64,000 nucleotides of DNA from Nitrospirota bacterium (GTDB taxonomy: Bacteria > Nitrospirota > UBA9217). Of the stretch, positions 30,216 through 41,277 are shown piece by piece. The stretch covers positions 448,001-512,000 of the forward strand of contig CAWIYV010000011.1 in assembly GCA_963840455.1 (NCBI GenBank). Direction: 5' to 3'. The first letter of the stretch is position 1. Each line of letters starts with the position of its first letter. The notes under the pieces are model-generated. The model did not search any database, was not told the origin of the DNA, and worked only from the letters and a program-made list of their open reading frames with translations. The position numbers were made by a program, and so were the translations under genes.

Positions 30216-31817
30216 ATGAGCTACGCGGAAGAGATAAGCAAGCGGCGGACCTTCGCCATCATCAGCCACCCCGACGCGGGCAAGACGACGCTCACGGAAA
30301 AGCTCCTGCTCTTCGGCGGGGCGATCCAGACCGCCGGCGCCGTGAAGTCCAACAAAATACGGAAGAGCACCTCCTCGGACTTCATGGATATCGAACGTCA
30401 GCGCGGCATCTCCGTGGCCACGTCGGTCATGGGCTTCGAGTACAACGGGCTCAAGATCAACCTGCTGGACACGCCGGGCCACAAGGACTTCGCCGAGGAC
30501 ACCTACCGGACGCTCACGGCCGTGGACAGCGTCATCCTGGTGGTGGACTGCGTCAAGGGCGTTGAGGAGCAGACCGAGAAGCTCATGAACGTCTGCCGCA
30601 TGCGGAACACGCCGGTCATCGTCTTCGTGAACAAGCTGGACCGCGAAGGCAAGGATCCCTTCGAGCTCCTGGACGAGCTCGAGACGAAGCTGAACATCCG
30701 CGTGCAGCCCCTGTCCTGGCCCATCAGCATGGGCATGTCCTTCAAGGGCGTGTACAACCTCTTCAACAAAAGCCTTCGCCTCTTCCGGCCCGGCGGCGTG
30801 ACCGTGGCCGAGGACGTGCTGGGGATCAAGGGCCTTGACGACCCCGTGCTGGACCAGCAGCTCGGCGACTATGCCGTGAAGCTCCGCGAGGAGGCGTCGC
30901 TCATCGAGGGCGCCTACGAGCCTTTTGATGTGCAGAAGTACCTGGACGGGAGCCTCGCGCCGGTGTTCTTCGGCAGCGCCATCAACAACTTCGGTGTGAA
31001 GGAGCTGCTCGACACCTTCACGCGCATCGCCCCACCGCCGCTCGGCAGGCCGTCCACCGTCCGAACCGTGACGCCTGACGAGAAGAACTTCACCGGCTTC
31101 GTCTTTAAGATCCACGCGAACCTGGACCCCCGCCACCGCGACCGCATCGCCTTTCTGCGCATCTGCTCGGGCCGCTTCGAGCGGAACAAGCTGTTCCACC
31201 ACGTGCGGCTGGACAAGAACATCCGGTTCAACAGCCCGGCCAGCTTCCTGGGCCAGCGAAAGAGCATCATCGACGAGGCCTTTCCCGGGGACGTGATCGG
31301 CCTGTACGACACGGGGAACTTCAAGATCGGCGACACCCTGACCGAGGGGGAGAACATCCAGTTCCAGGGCATCCCGAGCTTCTCGCCCGAGATCTTCAAG
31401 GAGCTGGTGAACCTGGACCCCGGAAAGTCCAAGCAGCTCGCCAAGGGCATCGAGCAGCTCACCGACGAGGGCGTGGCCCAGCTCTTCACCCAGCAGCAGG
31501 GGAATAGAAGAATTGTGGGTACCGTGGGCGAACTCCAGTTCGATGTGATCCAGTACCGGCTGGAGCACGAGTACAACGCCAGGTGCCGCTTCATGCGCAT
31601 GGATATCCACAAGGCCTGCTGGTTCACCGCCGATGACCCGAAGGTCATCGAGAAGTTCTGCCAATACCGGTGGGACCGCATTGCCATGGACAAGGACGGG
31701 AACCTCGTGTACCTGGCCGAATCTGCCTGGATCATCAAGAGCCTGCAGCAGGACTTCCCCGAGATCCACTTCCACTACACATCGGAGTTCAAAAGGGAGA
31801 TGCAGGAGGCGGGATAG
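30216..31817 (+). CDS. prfC: Peptide chain release factor 3
   Basis: [47 protein letters not shown]. Confidence 0.97.
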   Translation: MSYAEEISKRRTFAIISHPDAGKTTLTEKLLLFGGAIQTAGAVKSNKIRKSTSSDFMDIERQRGISVATSVMGFEYNGLKINLLDTPGHKDFAEDTYRTLTAVDSVILVVDCVKGVEEQTEKLMNVCRMRNTPVIVFVNKLDREGKDPFELLDELETKLNIRVQPLSWPISMGMSFKGVYNLFNKSLRLFRPGGVTVAEDVLGIKGLDDPVLDQQLGDYAVKLREEASLIEGAYEPFDVQKYLDGSLAPVFFGSAINNFGVKELLDTFTRIAPPPLGRPSTVRTVTPDEKNFTGFVFKIHANLDPRHRDRIAFLRICSGRFERNKLFHHVRLDKNIRFNSPASFLGQRKSIIDEAFPGDVIGLYDTGNFKIGDTLTEGENIQFQGIPSFSPEIFKELVNLDPGKSKQLAKGIEQLTDEGVAQLFTQQQGNRRIVGTVGELQFDVIQYRLEHEYNARCRFMRMDIHKACWFTADDPKVIEKFCQYRWDRIAMDKDGNLVYLAESAWIIKSLQQDFPEIHFHYTSEFKREMQEAG

Positions 31818-31955
31818 GTCAGGGAACAAGGGACCAGGACGCGGCAGTACCGGTCAGACCCGCCCCCCATGTCCCCTTGCACTTCGTCCGGAGGCCGGGT
31901 AGAATGCTTTCCGGCCCCGGCAGGGGCCCTCATCGATCGTACAAGGAGGAAACCC

Positions 31956-32273
31956 ATGGTCAGAAGAACGTTCTTGATCGTCCCGGTCCTTTGCTTCGTC
32001 GCCGGCCTTTCGCTCGCGGCCGCGGCCGGTCGGACCGGTCAACAGGTGTATGAGTCCATCTGCAAGGCATGCCACGGCACTGGCATATCAGGTGCTCCGA
32101 AGTTCGGCGACAAGGTATGGGTCCAGCTGGAGAAAAAAGAAGGGATCAAGGAACTGGTCAAGGACGCGATCAAGGGCGAGCGGGCCATGCCGCCGAAGGG
32201 CGGGTGTGCCGACTGCTCGGATGACGAGGTCCGTGCCGCGGTCAAGTACATGATCGATTCAGCTAAGAAATAG
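31956..32273 (+). CDS. Cytochrome c5 family protein
   Basis: Signal peptide, CKACH, GAPKFGD, MPPKGGCADC; AGGAGG RBS. Confidence 0.92.
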   Translation: MVRRTFLIVPVLCFVAGLSLAAAAGRTGQQVYESICKACHGTGISGAPKFGDKVWVQLEKKEGIKELVKDAIKGERAMPPKGGCADCSDDEVRAAVKYMIDSAKK

Positions 32274-32347
32274 CAGACCGGAACGCTCCCCGGGGACCGT
32301 TTGGTCCCGCCGGGGCGACGTGACAACTCTCCTCCTGCTGAAACAGG

Positions 32348-32373
32348 AATGGGCCATCGATCGATGGCCCATT
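32348..32373. terminator. Perfect 26-bp palindrome, probable terminator between convergent genes
   Basis: AATGGGCCATCGA|TCGATGGCCCATT followed by TTTG. Confidence 0.65.
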
Positions 32374-32400
32374 TTTGTTCCCCCCTGCCTACGCCTCCAA

Positions 32401-34491
32401 CTACCCTGCGATGAGCGCCTGCGCTTCCTCGCTCTTCACCGGCTTCGAGAACAGGAACCCCTGCCAATAGGCGCAGTCCAGCGACGCGATATGCGCCAGC
32501 TGGTTGGTGGTCTCCACCCCTTCAGCGACCGCGTCGATGTTCAGATCCCGGGCGAGGGTCATGATGGTCCTGATGATCGCGTGGTTCTCGCCGACATCGT
32601 CGATCCGCTTGACGAACGAGCGGTCGATCTTCAAGCCGTTGATCGGCAGCCGGTGAAGGTAGCTGAGCGAGGAATAGCCGGTCCCGAAATCGTCGATATA
32701 CAGCTGAACCCCGAGGCCCCGAAGCCGCGACAGCAGGGTCGAGGCGGACTCAGGGTTCTCGAACAGGACATTCTCCGTGATCTCGAGCTTGAGGTGCTCG
32801 GGAGGAAGCCCGCTCTCCTCCAGCACCAGGGCGACATGTTCGACCAGGTCCGGCTGCAGGATCTGCTTGTGCGCAAGGTTCACGCTGACAAAGTTCAGGT
32901 GGTTGCCCCGGAACCGGTCCAGCCATTTCTTCATCTGCACGCATGCCTGCCGGAGGATCAGCCGGTCGATCGCAACGATCATTCCCGTCTCTTCGGCCAT
33001 CGGAATGAAATTGCCGGGGGGGATAAGTCCCCGCTCGGGATGGTTCCACCGCGCCAGGGCCTCGTAGCCGACGATGCATTTTTCCTTGACCGACAGGATC
33101 GCCTGATAATAGGGAACGAACTCCTGCCGTTCGATGGCGCGCCTCAGGTCCATTTCCAGCTGCAGGCGTTCCATCGCGCGGGAGTGCATGGCCGGCTCGA
33201 AGATCGTAACGTCCGCGCGGCGGTGGGCCTTGGACTGATACATGGCGGTATCGGCGTCCCGGATGACCTGTTCCGGCGTGTCATATCCGCTGGAGCTCAG
33301 GGCGACACCCATGCTGCCCGTAACGAACACCTCGTTGCCGTGTACGGCGAAGGGCTTCTTCAGCCCCTCCTTGATGCGTGACGCAACATACATGGTGTTG
33401 CTCACGCCACTGATGTCCTCGAGAAGCACCGCGAATTCGTCGCCGCCGAGCCGCGCGACCGTGTCCGTAGGCCGGACGCACGCCATGAGCTTCTTGCTGA
33501 ACTCGATGAGAAGCAGATCGCCCACCGTATGGCCCAGGCTGTCGTTGATGACCTTGAAGCCGTCGAGGTCGATGAACAGCACGCCGTAGTAATATCCCGG
33601 ACGCCGCTTTGCCAGGGTGATCGCGTGCCGCAGCCGGTCACTGAACAGCGCCCGGTTCGGCAGGCCGGTCAGCGCGTCATGGATCGCATCGTGCTGCAGC
33701 TGGTCGTTATAGTCCCGCACACGGCCGCGCATGTAGTCAAGGGAGCGGGCAAGGTCGGCGATCTCGTCGGTCGTGCGGATCTCGATCGGCGTGTCGAAGT
33801 TGCCCTTGGCGATCTCCTCAGCGGCCGCTTTCAGGCGAGCGACAGGATAGGTGATCCGGCGTGACAGATAGAAGGAAAGGACGCTGCCCACGATCACGAG
33901 CACCGACGTGAAGAGCGCCGTGGAAACGACCAGGTCGCGGATCTTCCTGCGCAGTCCTTCCTTCGTTAGTCCCAGCCGTAGGTATCCAAGGACCTTCTGA
34001 TCGGACCTCTCTGAGGACTGCAGCAGGGGGTCCAGGACGCCCCCGGTACTGGCCGCGATCGGGAAAAGGACCTCCAGGTACCGGCCGCCGTCACGTCCAG
34101 CATGGTCCCGGTGGCTGACCTGGCCCGCGAGGGCCTCCCCCTCGTGCTGCGCCTCGGGGATTTCCGCCGACGTTTGGAAGGTGATCGAGGCAAGGATGCG
34201 CCCCCCGGCGTCCAGCACCGCCACGTAAGCGATATCGGCGTCCTTCGACAGCCCCTGCAGGGCACGCTGGAGGGCGTCCCGGTCCTCGGTATAGATCCCG
34301 TACTCGCAGTTCTGGGACGCTGTTTCGGCGATGGTGATGCCGTGGTTCAGAAGCTCCTGATAATAGTTCACCATCTCCGAGCGGACCGTGTACAGGCAGA
34401 TCCCGACGGCCGTCACCAGGATGAGCGCGATGGACAGGGCGTTGAACTTGAACGCGAGGCTGAACCGTTTTTTATCGTTGCGTATGACCAT
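32401..34491 (-). CDS. Membrane sensor with periplasmic domain, HAMP, GGDEF and EAL domains
   Basis: Two TM helices; HAMP (ITYPVARL...DEIADLARSLD); intact RLGGDEF; YEALARW; DDFGTGYSSL; start trimmed to MVIRNDKK. Confidence 0.93.
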   Translation of the reverse strand: MVIRNDKKRFSLAFKFNALSIALILVTAVGICLYTVRSEMVNYYQELLNHGITIAETASQNCEYGIYTEDRDALQRALQGLSKDADIAYVAVLDAGGRILASITFQTSAEIPEAQHEGEALAGQVSHRDHAGRDGGRYLEVLFPIAASTGGVLDPLLQSSERSDQKVLGYLRLGLTKEGLRRKIRDLVVSTALFTSVLVIVGSVLSFYLSRRITYPVARLKAAAEEIAKGNFDTPIEIRTTDEIADLARSLDYMRGRVRDYNDQLQHDAIHDALTGLPNRALFSDRLRHAITLAKRRPGYYYGVLFIDLDGFKVINDSLGHTVGDLLLIEFSKKLMACVRPTDTVARLGGDEFAVLLEDISGVSNTMYVASRIKEGLKKPFAVHGNEVFVTGSMGVALSSSGYDTPEQVIRDADTAMYQSKAHRRADVTIFEPAMHSRAMERLQLEMDLRRAIERQEFVPYYQAILSVKEKCIVGYEALARWNHPERGLIPPGNFIPMAEETGMIVAIDRLILRQACVQMKKWLDRFRGNHLNFVSVNLAHKQILQPDLVEHVALVLEESGLPPEHLKLEITENVLFENPESASTLLSRLRGLGVQLYIDDFGTGYSSLSYLHRLPINGLKIDRSFVKRIDDVGENHAIIRTIMTLARDLNIDAVAEGVETTNQLAHIASLDCAYWQGFLFSKPVKSEEAQALIAG

Positions 34492-34496
34492 AGGGA

Positions 34497-35420
34497 TCAA
34501 TATACCTGCCGAGCGCCACGGACCACCGGTTCGGGCATGGTGATCTTCATCTGCCGGGCGGTGACCAGGTTCAGGGAATACAGGACCTTGCGCGGCGTCG
34601 CCGGGGGGAGAGAGGACGGCGCGGCGCCTGCCAGGATCTTCTGCGCCATTTCGCCGCACTGCGCGCCCAGGTCCGCGTAGTTCCAGTCCAGGGAATAGAG
34701 CGCGCCCGCCTTCACCCAGGTGGCCGAGGGTCCGATGAAGGGGATGCTGTTCCGGAACGAGAACAGCAGGATGTTCTTCGCGATCGACGGGGACAGCGTG
34801 AGGCTGTCCGCCACTCCCCACAGCACCTCCGCCTTCCGGGACAGGCTTTCCAGGGCCGCGGGAATGTCCTGGGGCGTATTGACCTCATAGGCTTCGAGCC
34901 GCATGCCCGCCTTTCTGGCGATCTCGGCCGCGGCATCGATCCTCTTCTGGTTCTCGTTCGGCCGGTAGAGCACCCCGATGCTCCTGACCTCGGGCAGCAA
35001 CTTCTGGATCCATGCGATCTGGGTCTCCAGAGGGAACTCCAGCCCCACGCCGGTCGCATTGGGCGCTTTCTTCAGGTTGTCCGTCCGCAGGACCAGGCAG
35101 GCGACAAGGGGGATATCAGTGATCTCCCTGAGGGCGGCGTCCGTCGCCATCGAACCCAGGGTCACGACGAGCTTGGTGCCGCCCGCCTTGATCTTCTCGA
35201 TCGCCGGTCCCGTCTTCGCGGCGTCGCCGTCCAGGTTGAACACGTCGTATCCTGCCTGGACCCCCTGGCCGGCAAGATACTCGCGGAAGCCGTTGACCGC
35301 TTCCTGGAACGGCGCCTCGTTCGAGCTGACGAACAGGACGATCCTCTCCCCTGTCCAGGCGGCCCTCCCGCCGGCCAGAAGGAACATTGCAGCCAGGACA
35401 GTCGCTGCAACGATGTTCAT
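34497..35420 (-). CDS. ABC-type substrate-binding protein (ABC_sub_bind-like), paralogue 1
   Basis: Signal peptide; TGVGLEFP, IGVLY, WVKAGALYSL, SLNLVTA. Confidence 0.85.
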   Translation of the reverse strand: MNIVAATVLAAMFLLAGGRAAWTGERIVLFVSSNEAPFQEAVNGFREYLAGQGVQAGYDVFNLDGDAAKTGPAIEKIKAGGTKLVVTLGSMATDAALREITDIPLVACLVLRTDNLKKAPNATGVGLEFPLETQIAWIQKLLPEVRSIGVLYRPNENQKRIDAAAEIARKAGMRLEAYEVNTPQDIPAALESLSRKAEVLWGVADSLTLSPSIAKNILLFSFRNSIPFIGPSATWVKAGALYSLDWNYADLGAQCGEMAQKILAGAAPSSLPPATPRKVLYSLNLVTARQMKITMPEPVVRGARQVY

Positions 35421-35474
35421 CGTGCGCGGCCATGATTTTCCCGGATCAGCGTGCATGACGGATTGTATCATAGT

Positions 35475-35588
35475 TGAAGCTCCTGCAGCAAGCTGCAGGA
35501 ATCTTCGATCCTCAAGGAAGTGTTGTCATCCTAATCGCTCGCTAACCCCGCAGCAAGCTGCCGGGGAATGCGCCCTCCCCTGGATTCA
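35475..35588 (+). mobile_element. Repeat element A, copy 4
   Basis: Full-length, slightly diverged; lies between the two binding-protein genes. Confidence 0.85.
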
Positions 35589-35690
35589 CGAAAAAAGAGC
35601 CCCTTGTTGTACAACCTCTGCCCGCTGTCCCTGCGTGCGTTCTGCCTGTTCCTCGTGATCGATTGTCTCCGGGCTGCACTGGTAGCGTCC

Positions 35691-36627
35691 TTAGAACGTC
35701 TGCTTTGCACCGCGAACAAGGTCATCGGGAATGGCAAGCTTCATCATCCGGGCGGTGTTCATGTTCAGTGAGTAATTAACAGTACGGGGCGACTCCGGCG
35801 GAAGGGCGCCCGGCGACGCTCCTTTCAGCACCTTGACGGCCATCTCACCGCATTGCGCGCCCACATCCTTGTAGTCGCAGTCCAGGGAATAGAGCGCTCC
35901 GGCCTTCACCCACATGGACGACGGCGCGACAACGGGAATGCTGTTCTGGAGCGAGAACAGCAGGATCGGCTTGGCCATCTGCATCGACAGCGCGATCGAG
36001 TCCGGGACCCCCCACAGTACCTGGGCGCGTTTGGACAGCCGCTCAAGCACGTCAGGCACTTCCTGGGACGTGCGGACCTCCTGCGCTTCGAGCTTCAACC
36101 CCATCTTCTGCGCAACCTTGACGGCGGCTTCGATCTTCTTCTTGTTCTCCTCGGGGCTGTAGATGACACCGATCGTTCTCGCTTGGGGCATCACTTTCTG
36201 GATCCAGGAGAACTGGAGGTCCAGGGGGAATTCGAGGCTCACCCCGGTAAGGTTGCCCCCCTTCTTGAGCGACTCCGACCGCAGCACGAGCCCCGCCACG
36301 ATGGGCGTGTCGCTGATCTCCCGGGCCACGGCATCCGTAGCCAGGGACCCCAGGGCAAGGATGAGGTCGAACCTGCCCAGTTTGATCTTTTGAATGGCCG
36401 CGCCTGGCCTTCGAGGCATCGCCCCCCAGGCTGATGAGCTCGTAGCTGGGCTGCAGGCCCTGCTTGCCGACGTATTCATTGAACCCCGCCACCGCTTCCT
36501 TGTAGGGCGCGTCATCGCTGCTGATCAGAAGTGCGATCCGCTCGGCGTGCGCAGCGCCGGGACACATGACCACCAGCGCCAGCAGGATGAGGGTCAGAAG
36601 CAATGGCATTACGCATGGTCGCGGCAC
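35691..36627 (-). CDS. ABC-type substrate-binding protein, paralogue 2, one frameshift near 36,405 (error or pseudogene)
   Basis: N-half (AHAERIALLISSDDAPYKEAV) and C-half (IQKIKLGRFDLILALGSLA...WVKAGALYSLD) are in different frames; both align with paralogue 1. Confidence 0.8.
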
Positions 36628-36638
36628 CGTCCTGATGA

Positions 36639-38658
36639 TCAGAATGCATAGGTCAGCTTGAACCGGTAGCTGCGGCCATCCTGCTGGATGGTCGGCTGCA
36701 CAAAATCCAGCGTGACCGGATCGCCGTACTCTTTGTCGAACAGGTTATAGACGCTCACCGACGCATCGAGCCGCTGTACAAGGTTCTGGGAGAACAGGGT
36801 GAGGTTGGTGACGGCAAATGCCGGTGCGTACCCCCCGGCATCAATCTTTCGCCGGTCCACATACTGTTCCTCGACTCCGAGAAATATCTTGTCTTTCATG
36901 ACCGGCACGTTAAGAACGAGCTTTCCCATCTGGGCCGGCGAGTTGGTAAGCGGATCGCCGGTCAGCTGGTCCTTGGTCCTCTGTACTGTGTAGCTGATCC
37001 GGGCCTCGACGCCGTTCGCCCACTTGCCTTCCAGCTCAGCCGTGCTTCCCTTCGCGGTGACCTCTTCAAGGTTCTGGAACTGCGGGAGGCCAGTAACGGG
37101 ATCGGTCCCGTAATTGATGAGATCCTTGATCTTGTAATAGTAGCCCAACACCGAAGCCCGCAGATGGTCGCCGATGTACTGATCGAACACCACCTCGGTG
37201 GTCGTGATCTTTTCCGGCTTGAGTTCGGGATTTGCCACGGACAGGCCCGGAGACCTGATAATACAGCTCGTAGTCGTTCGGCGCACGGAAGGCGGTGCCG
37301 TACAGGACCTTGATGGTGCTCTTCTCCGCAGGCGTCGCGATCAAGGCAAGACGGGGGTTTGTCGTGCCGCCGAAGGTGCTGTAGCTATCGTAGCGCACGC
37401 CGGCGTTCAGGATCAGCGACCGTGAGAACGTTATCTCGTCCTGGAGATAGGCTGCCATGATCCGGGACCGCCGCACATCGTCAAGGCCGAAAGCATAGGG
37501 ATCTACATTGTAGTTCTGCTGGTTCTCCCGGAAGCTTCCCTGGTACTCGCTCCGACGATGAGGCGCTGCATGTCGCCGGACGCGGCTTACGAACTTGATC
37601 TCGCTCCCCAGCCCAGGTTCCGTTAGCACAGGTCCTTGTTGATCACTCCCGAGTAGAGATAATCGCCGGTGTACTGGTAATAATCATAAAAGAGTCTGAC
37701 GGTCAGATCGGTCTTCGCGCTCAGGCCGTGTTCGTACTTCAGGTCAGCGTAGCTTCGGGTGTCTACGGTCTTGTTCCGGGCATCGTTGAAGTCCGTGCCG
37801 TAGGCGCCCGTGGGGATGCCTTTGGTCCTGGAAACATAGGCGCCCTGCAAGGTGAAATCGCCGAACGCAACGGTCGAGAACAGGTTCTGCGAACGGTCAT
37901 AGTCACTATTGTCCGAGTAACCGCCGTTTGTCGCTCGCGGATCAGCGGCCGAAATCGCCGGATCAAATTCCGGGTAATACAGCCGATCACCTTTGCTGTC
38001 ATAGGCGATGCCCGAGATGATCGCTTCTGCTGCCGTTCTGGTACCGGTTGCCGTAGCTCAGCCGTCCCTTGTAGGTATTGAAGCTGCCGGCCTCTCCTGA
38101 GACCTCGGTTCCCTTCAAGTCCCTGCCGCGGCGGGTGATGATATTGATGACGCCGAAGAAGGCGTTGCTGCCGTAGAGGGACGACCCAGGGCCCCGGATG
38201 ATCTCGACGCGATCAATAAGGTCCACGTCCAGGATGGCCTCGGTGCCTATTGCTGCCTGGTTGTAGATGTTGTCGTTCGTGCGATGGCCGTCGATCAGCA
38301 GCAGGACGCGGGTATTGTAGTCTCCCGGCCGGCCGAACCCCCGCACACCGATATAGTTGTAGTTCCGGTCATAGGTCACGTAAAAACCCGAGACGCTCCG
38401 CAGGATGTCCGCGAGAGTGCGATAGCCGTTCTTCTTGATGTCTTGCGAGGTGACGATGCTGACGGACGACGGCGCTTGGGTGACCTTCTGCTCGAACTTG
38501 GACGCCCCGTAGACCGAGGGGATTTCCTGGAACAGGAGCGATTCCTCGCTGACCGAGGCGAGCATGACCGGGGCTTGATCTTGTGCAGAGGAGACGGGCG
38601 GGAGGAGGATGACCGCCAGAATTATGAAGCATAGTTTGTTCACCGTAGAAATATGCAT
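36639..38658 (-). pseudogene. TonB-dependent receptor split by several frameshifts (sequencing error or pseudogene)
   Basis: Plug (APSSVSIVT, VLLLIDG, IDRVEIIRGPGSSLYGSNA) at 37999-38658; barrel pieces in other frames (GVRYDSYS, YGTAFRAP, LKPEKI, NLFDKEY...GRSYRFKLTYAF). Confidence 0.85.
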
Positions 38659-39271
38659 GCCCGGGCCCCCCAATGCCTGATCTTGCTTCTTGGCCAATTC
38701 AATGATTAAGAAGACTTTTGCTGCCGATATTCAACGATATACTAATATATTTGGTTAATACTAAATTATATAGATTATTGCCTAACTTCTCAATTTTGTC
38801 AACAACTATTTTTTTATTCTTTCCATGGTTGAGGGCAGTCGCAACTGATGGGCAGTGGTCCCCCGATGCAATACGATGACAATGGAAAACGACAAAACCA
38901 TTTACTCTCCGGCCGTTATCGAAGTATAATTTTGATCCTATCCGTCATGCCAATGACCACGGATCAGGGGGAAAGAGCAGGCCATGCCGAGTTACGCTGA
39001 AAATACCGGTCTGATAATGTGCACAGCAGGGAGAGAAGGGCGTCAGAAGGGAACGAGGGGGAGCACTACAAGAGGTCCGGCTGGAGAAAAAGAACATGGC
39101 CGGGTTCCTGAAGGAGTAAGAGGAGCCCGGCCATTGCGAGGTGGCGCGAAAAGCCTGGATGGATTTTCCGGGAGGTAAAAAAATCCATTCCGGGAGGAGA
39201 CCACGCACCTCTCGAAATAAGAAGAACGATGAAGAAGCGTCAGGATGCAGCCAGGCAGACCCGCGTTTGCC

Positions 39272-39718
39272 TCAGGATGCGATCCGTTCGTTTGACGCAA
39301 GGGCCGTTTCTGCGTTGCGGCTACCGCTCTCATCGAACGTCAAGACAACCGAATTTATGAAGTAATTGACGCCTGCAGGCAACCGCCCGTCATTGCACAC
39401 ATAACCGAGGTGGGCGTTACAGTTGCTGCACAGTACATCATTCCGGACCGTGCGATACAGGATGTCATTTGCGGTCCTGATATGTTCGTTCGCTTTCGGG
39501 TCTAAAAATTCCGGCCATTCGTACGTTGCAACGATTTTCGCATGCGAACTGACGAGGACATTGCCGCAGCACGCGCAGTGAAAGAGCCCTGATCCGATCA
39601 AGTCGCGATACCTGTTCGAGTGTTCAGGTTCGGCACCTTGCTGGCGCGTCAGCCGGTTTTGCGCCGGCATGAGAAGCTGCTGACGGTCGGCCTTGCGCTC
39701 GACCAATTTTTTATGCAT
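39272..39718 (-). CDS. MsrB/SelR-fold protein lacking the catalytic cysteine
   Basis: GLFHCACCG, WPEF, CSNCNAHLGYV, NYFINS in place of RYCINS. Confidence 0.75.
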   Translation of the reverse strand: MHKKLVERKADRQQLLMPAQNRLTRQQGAEPEHSNRYRDLIGSGLFHCACCGNVLVSSHAKIVATYEWPEFLDPKANEHIRTANDILYRTVRNDVLCSNCNAHLGYVCNDGRLPAGVNYFINSVVLTFDESGSRNAETALASNERIAS

Positions 39719-40658
39719 AGACCTTCTCCCTTCCGAAAGCGAAGGCGAGGTCCTGTACTGCGCATCCTGACTCTTCCGGAACGTCCCATTCTCCCACGGC
39801 CATCGTGATGTCATTGAACTTTTCCCGCCGGACCTCCGTCCCCGTCCGGTCCCGGTAGACCAGCTCATCGGTATCCAGGTCGTATTCCGGGATATCCGGG
39901 TCGCTCCACCGGTTGAGAAAATACTGATAGAAGGGATTGTACAGCCCGCCGGGATCACGATCGTGCCTGAACACGTATTCCGGCATTTCGTCCACGTGCA
40001 GGCCGGTGTGATAATGGCGCACGCAGAGGGCATCCCCGAGGATGGCCAGCTTCAAGAGAGGCATGTCCTGATAGAGCTTGAGCCGTATGTTCTTCTGGGC
40101 CCCCTTGAGGCCTTTCAGAAAATCGATGCTCCGTATGATCTGCTCCCGGAAGATCTCCGGTGATATGTCGGGATCGGAGAGGCTTTTCGCACGCGCGATC
40201 GCGCCTTCCCGCAGCGGGTCCAGGAGCATGATCTTGGCCCCGCGGCACTTCTGCAGCACGCGGTGCAGGTCTCCATCCGGGTCCACGAAGGTCCGGTATC
40301 CTGTGGAGCCCATGAGCATGATGTCCCTGCCGAACCCGTTCTTTTCTTTCAATTCCTTCATTTTTTTCCGCGCAAAGAACCCCCGGGAATGGGCGACCAG
40401 GGCCAGCCCCGCGCTCTTCGCCATACGCGAGAGATCGCGTTTCCGCCAGTACTTCGTCATATGGTTGAAGAATAGGACCAGGAGGACCGCAACGGCGATC
40501 TCAATGGATACGAGAAATATCTTCTCGTTCTCCACAAAGGCCCAGAACGTCAGGAATTTCCCCGCAAGAAAGCTGACCAAAAGGGGAAGAGACAGAGCAA
40601 TGGCGGCGGACATAATGATCACAACGACATGGTAGAGCAAGTGCGGCAGGTTCTTCAT
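39711..40658 (-). CDS. Hypothetical protein: two N-terminal TM helices plus soluble alpha/beta domain (DUF5919/PLD-like fold suspected)
   Basis: 315-aa ORF with GGAGG RBS; KIMLLDP...IRLKLY...FLNRW pattern. Confidence 0.7.
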   Translation of the reverse strand: MKNLPHLLYHVVVIIMSAAIALSLPLLVSFLAGKFLTFWAFVENEKIFLVSIEIAVAVLLVLFFNHMTKYWRKRDLSRMAKSAGLALVAHSRGFFARKKMKELKEKNGFGRDIMLMGSTGYRTFVDPDGDLHRVLQKCRGAKIMLLDPLREGAIARAKSLSDPDISPEIFREQIIRSIDFLKGLKGAQKNIRLKLYQDMPLLKLAILGDALCVRHYHTGLHVDEMPEYVFRHDRDPGGLYNPFYQYFLNRWSDPDIPEYDLDTDELVYRDRTGTEVRREKFNDITMAVGEWDVPEESGCAVQDLAFAFGREKVYA

Positions 40659-40855
40659 CGCAGCGACCTCCCTTCGTTCGTATAGTCCGTATAGTTGTAA
40701 TAATTGTGATCCCGGTGATGACGATCACGGCCTGCTTTCGCTCCGGATGGACACTGATCGAAGCCGATCGAGGCACGATCCGGACCGATTCTGTTGCACC
40801 CGTCTTCAGCCTGCATTCGCCTGTGATGCGCCTCTTTCCAACCTGTCCTGATCAC
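40655..40855 (-). CDS. Small hypothetical protein
   Basis: 66-aa ORF with 4-bp overlaps to both neighbours. Confidence 0.35.
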   Translation of the reverse strand: MIRTGWKEAHHRRMQAEDGCNRIGPDRASIGFDQCPSGAKAGRDRHHRDHNYYNYTDYTNEGRSLR

Positions 40856-41217
40856 GATAACACGATCAGCGCCGTGACGATCGAGAACGCAATATCCGAC
40901 CTGGCGCTGTCGTCATCACGGGCGATCCGTTCGCAGAGCGAAGCTGCCAGGCGTAGCTGCCGGTCGCTCATTGCGGAGAGCTTGTCCCGCATCTTCTCCC
41001 GGACCTTTTCATTCTTCGTCCTGTGCTCGACCACCGACAGGACCTTCCGCAGTTCAGCGCGGTGATACACCGCCTGTTCCGCCCGCGGCGGCAACGATGC
41101 GGCATGTCCGGAAAGACCGGAGGCGGGCGACTCGCCAGCCAGCACGATCGAAAAGATGAGCAGGACCCCCATCCAGGTTAATAGCGGTAATGTTCGTTGA
41201 TTTCTCGGCAGTCTCAT
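40852..41217 (-). CDS. Hypothetical exported/membrane protein
   Basis: AAGGAGG RBS, signal-peptide-like N-terminus, hydrophobic C-terminus. Confidence 0.7.
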   Translation of the reverse strand: MRLPRNQRTLPLLTWMGVLLIFSIVLAGESPASGLSGHAASLPPRAEQAVYHRAELRKVLSVVEHRTKNEKVREKMRDKLSAMSDRQLRLAASLCERIARDDDSARSDIAFSIVTALIVLS

Positions 41218-41277
41218 GGGTTCCTCCTTGATGCAACAGATGGGATCTCTGGCCCGCGACTGCGAACGGAGCAGGGA

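Noticed and set aside
38945-39270. Short ORFs between the TonB receptor promoter and the MsrB-like gene
   Set aside because: No coherent frame, RBS or motif; possibly decayed sequence but unassignable.
39350-39370. Selenocysteine in the MsrB-like protein
   Set aside because: The catalytic position is TTC (Phe), not TGA.
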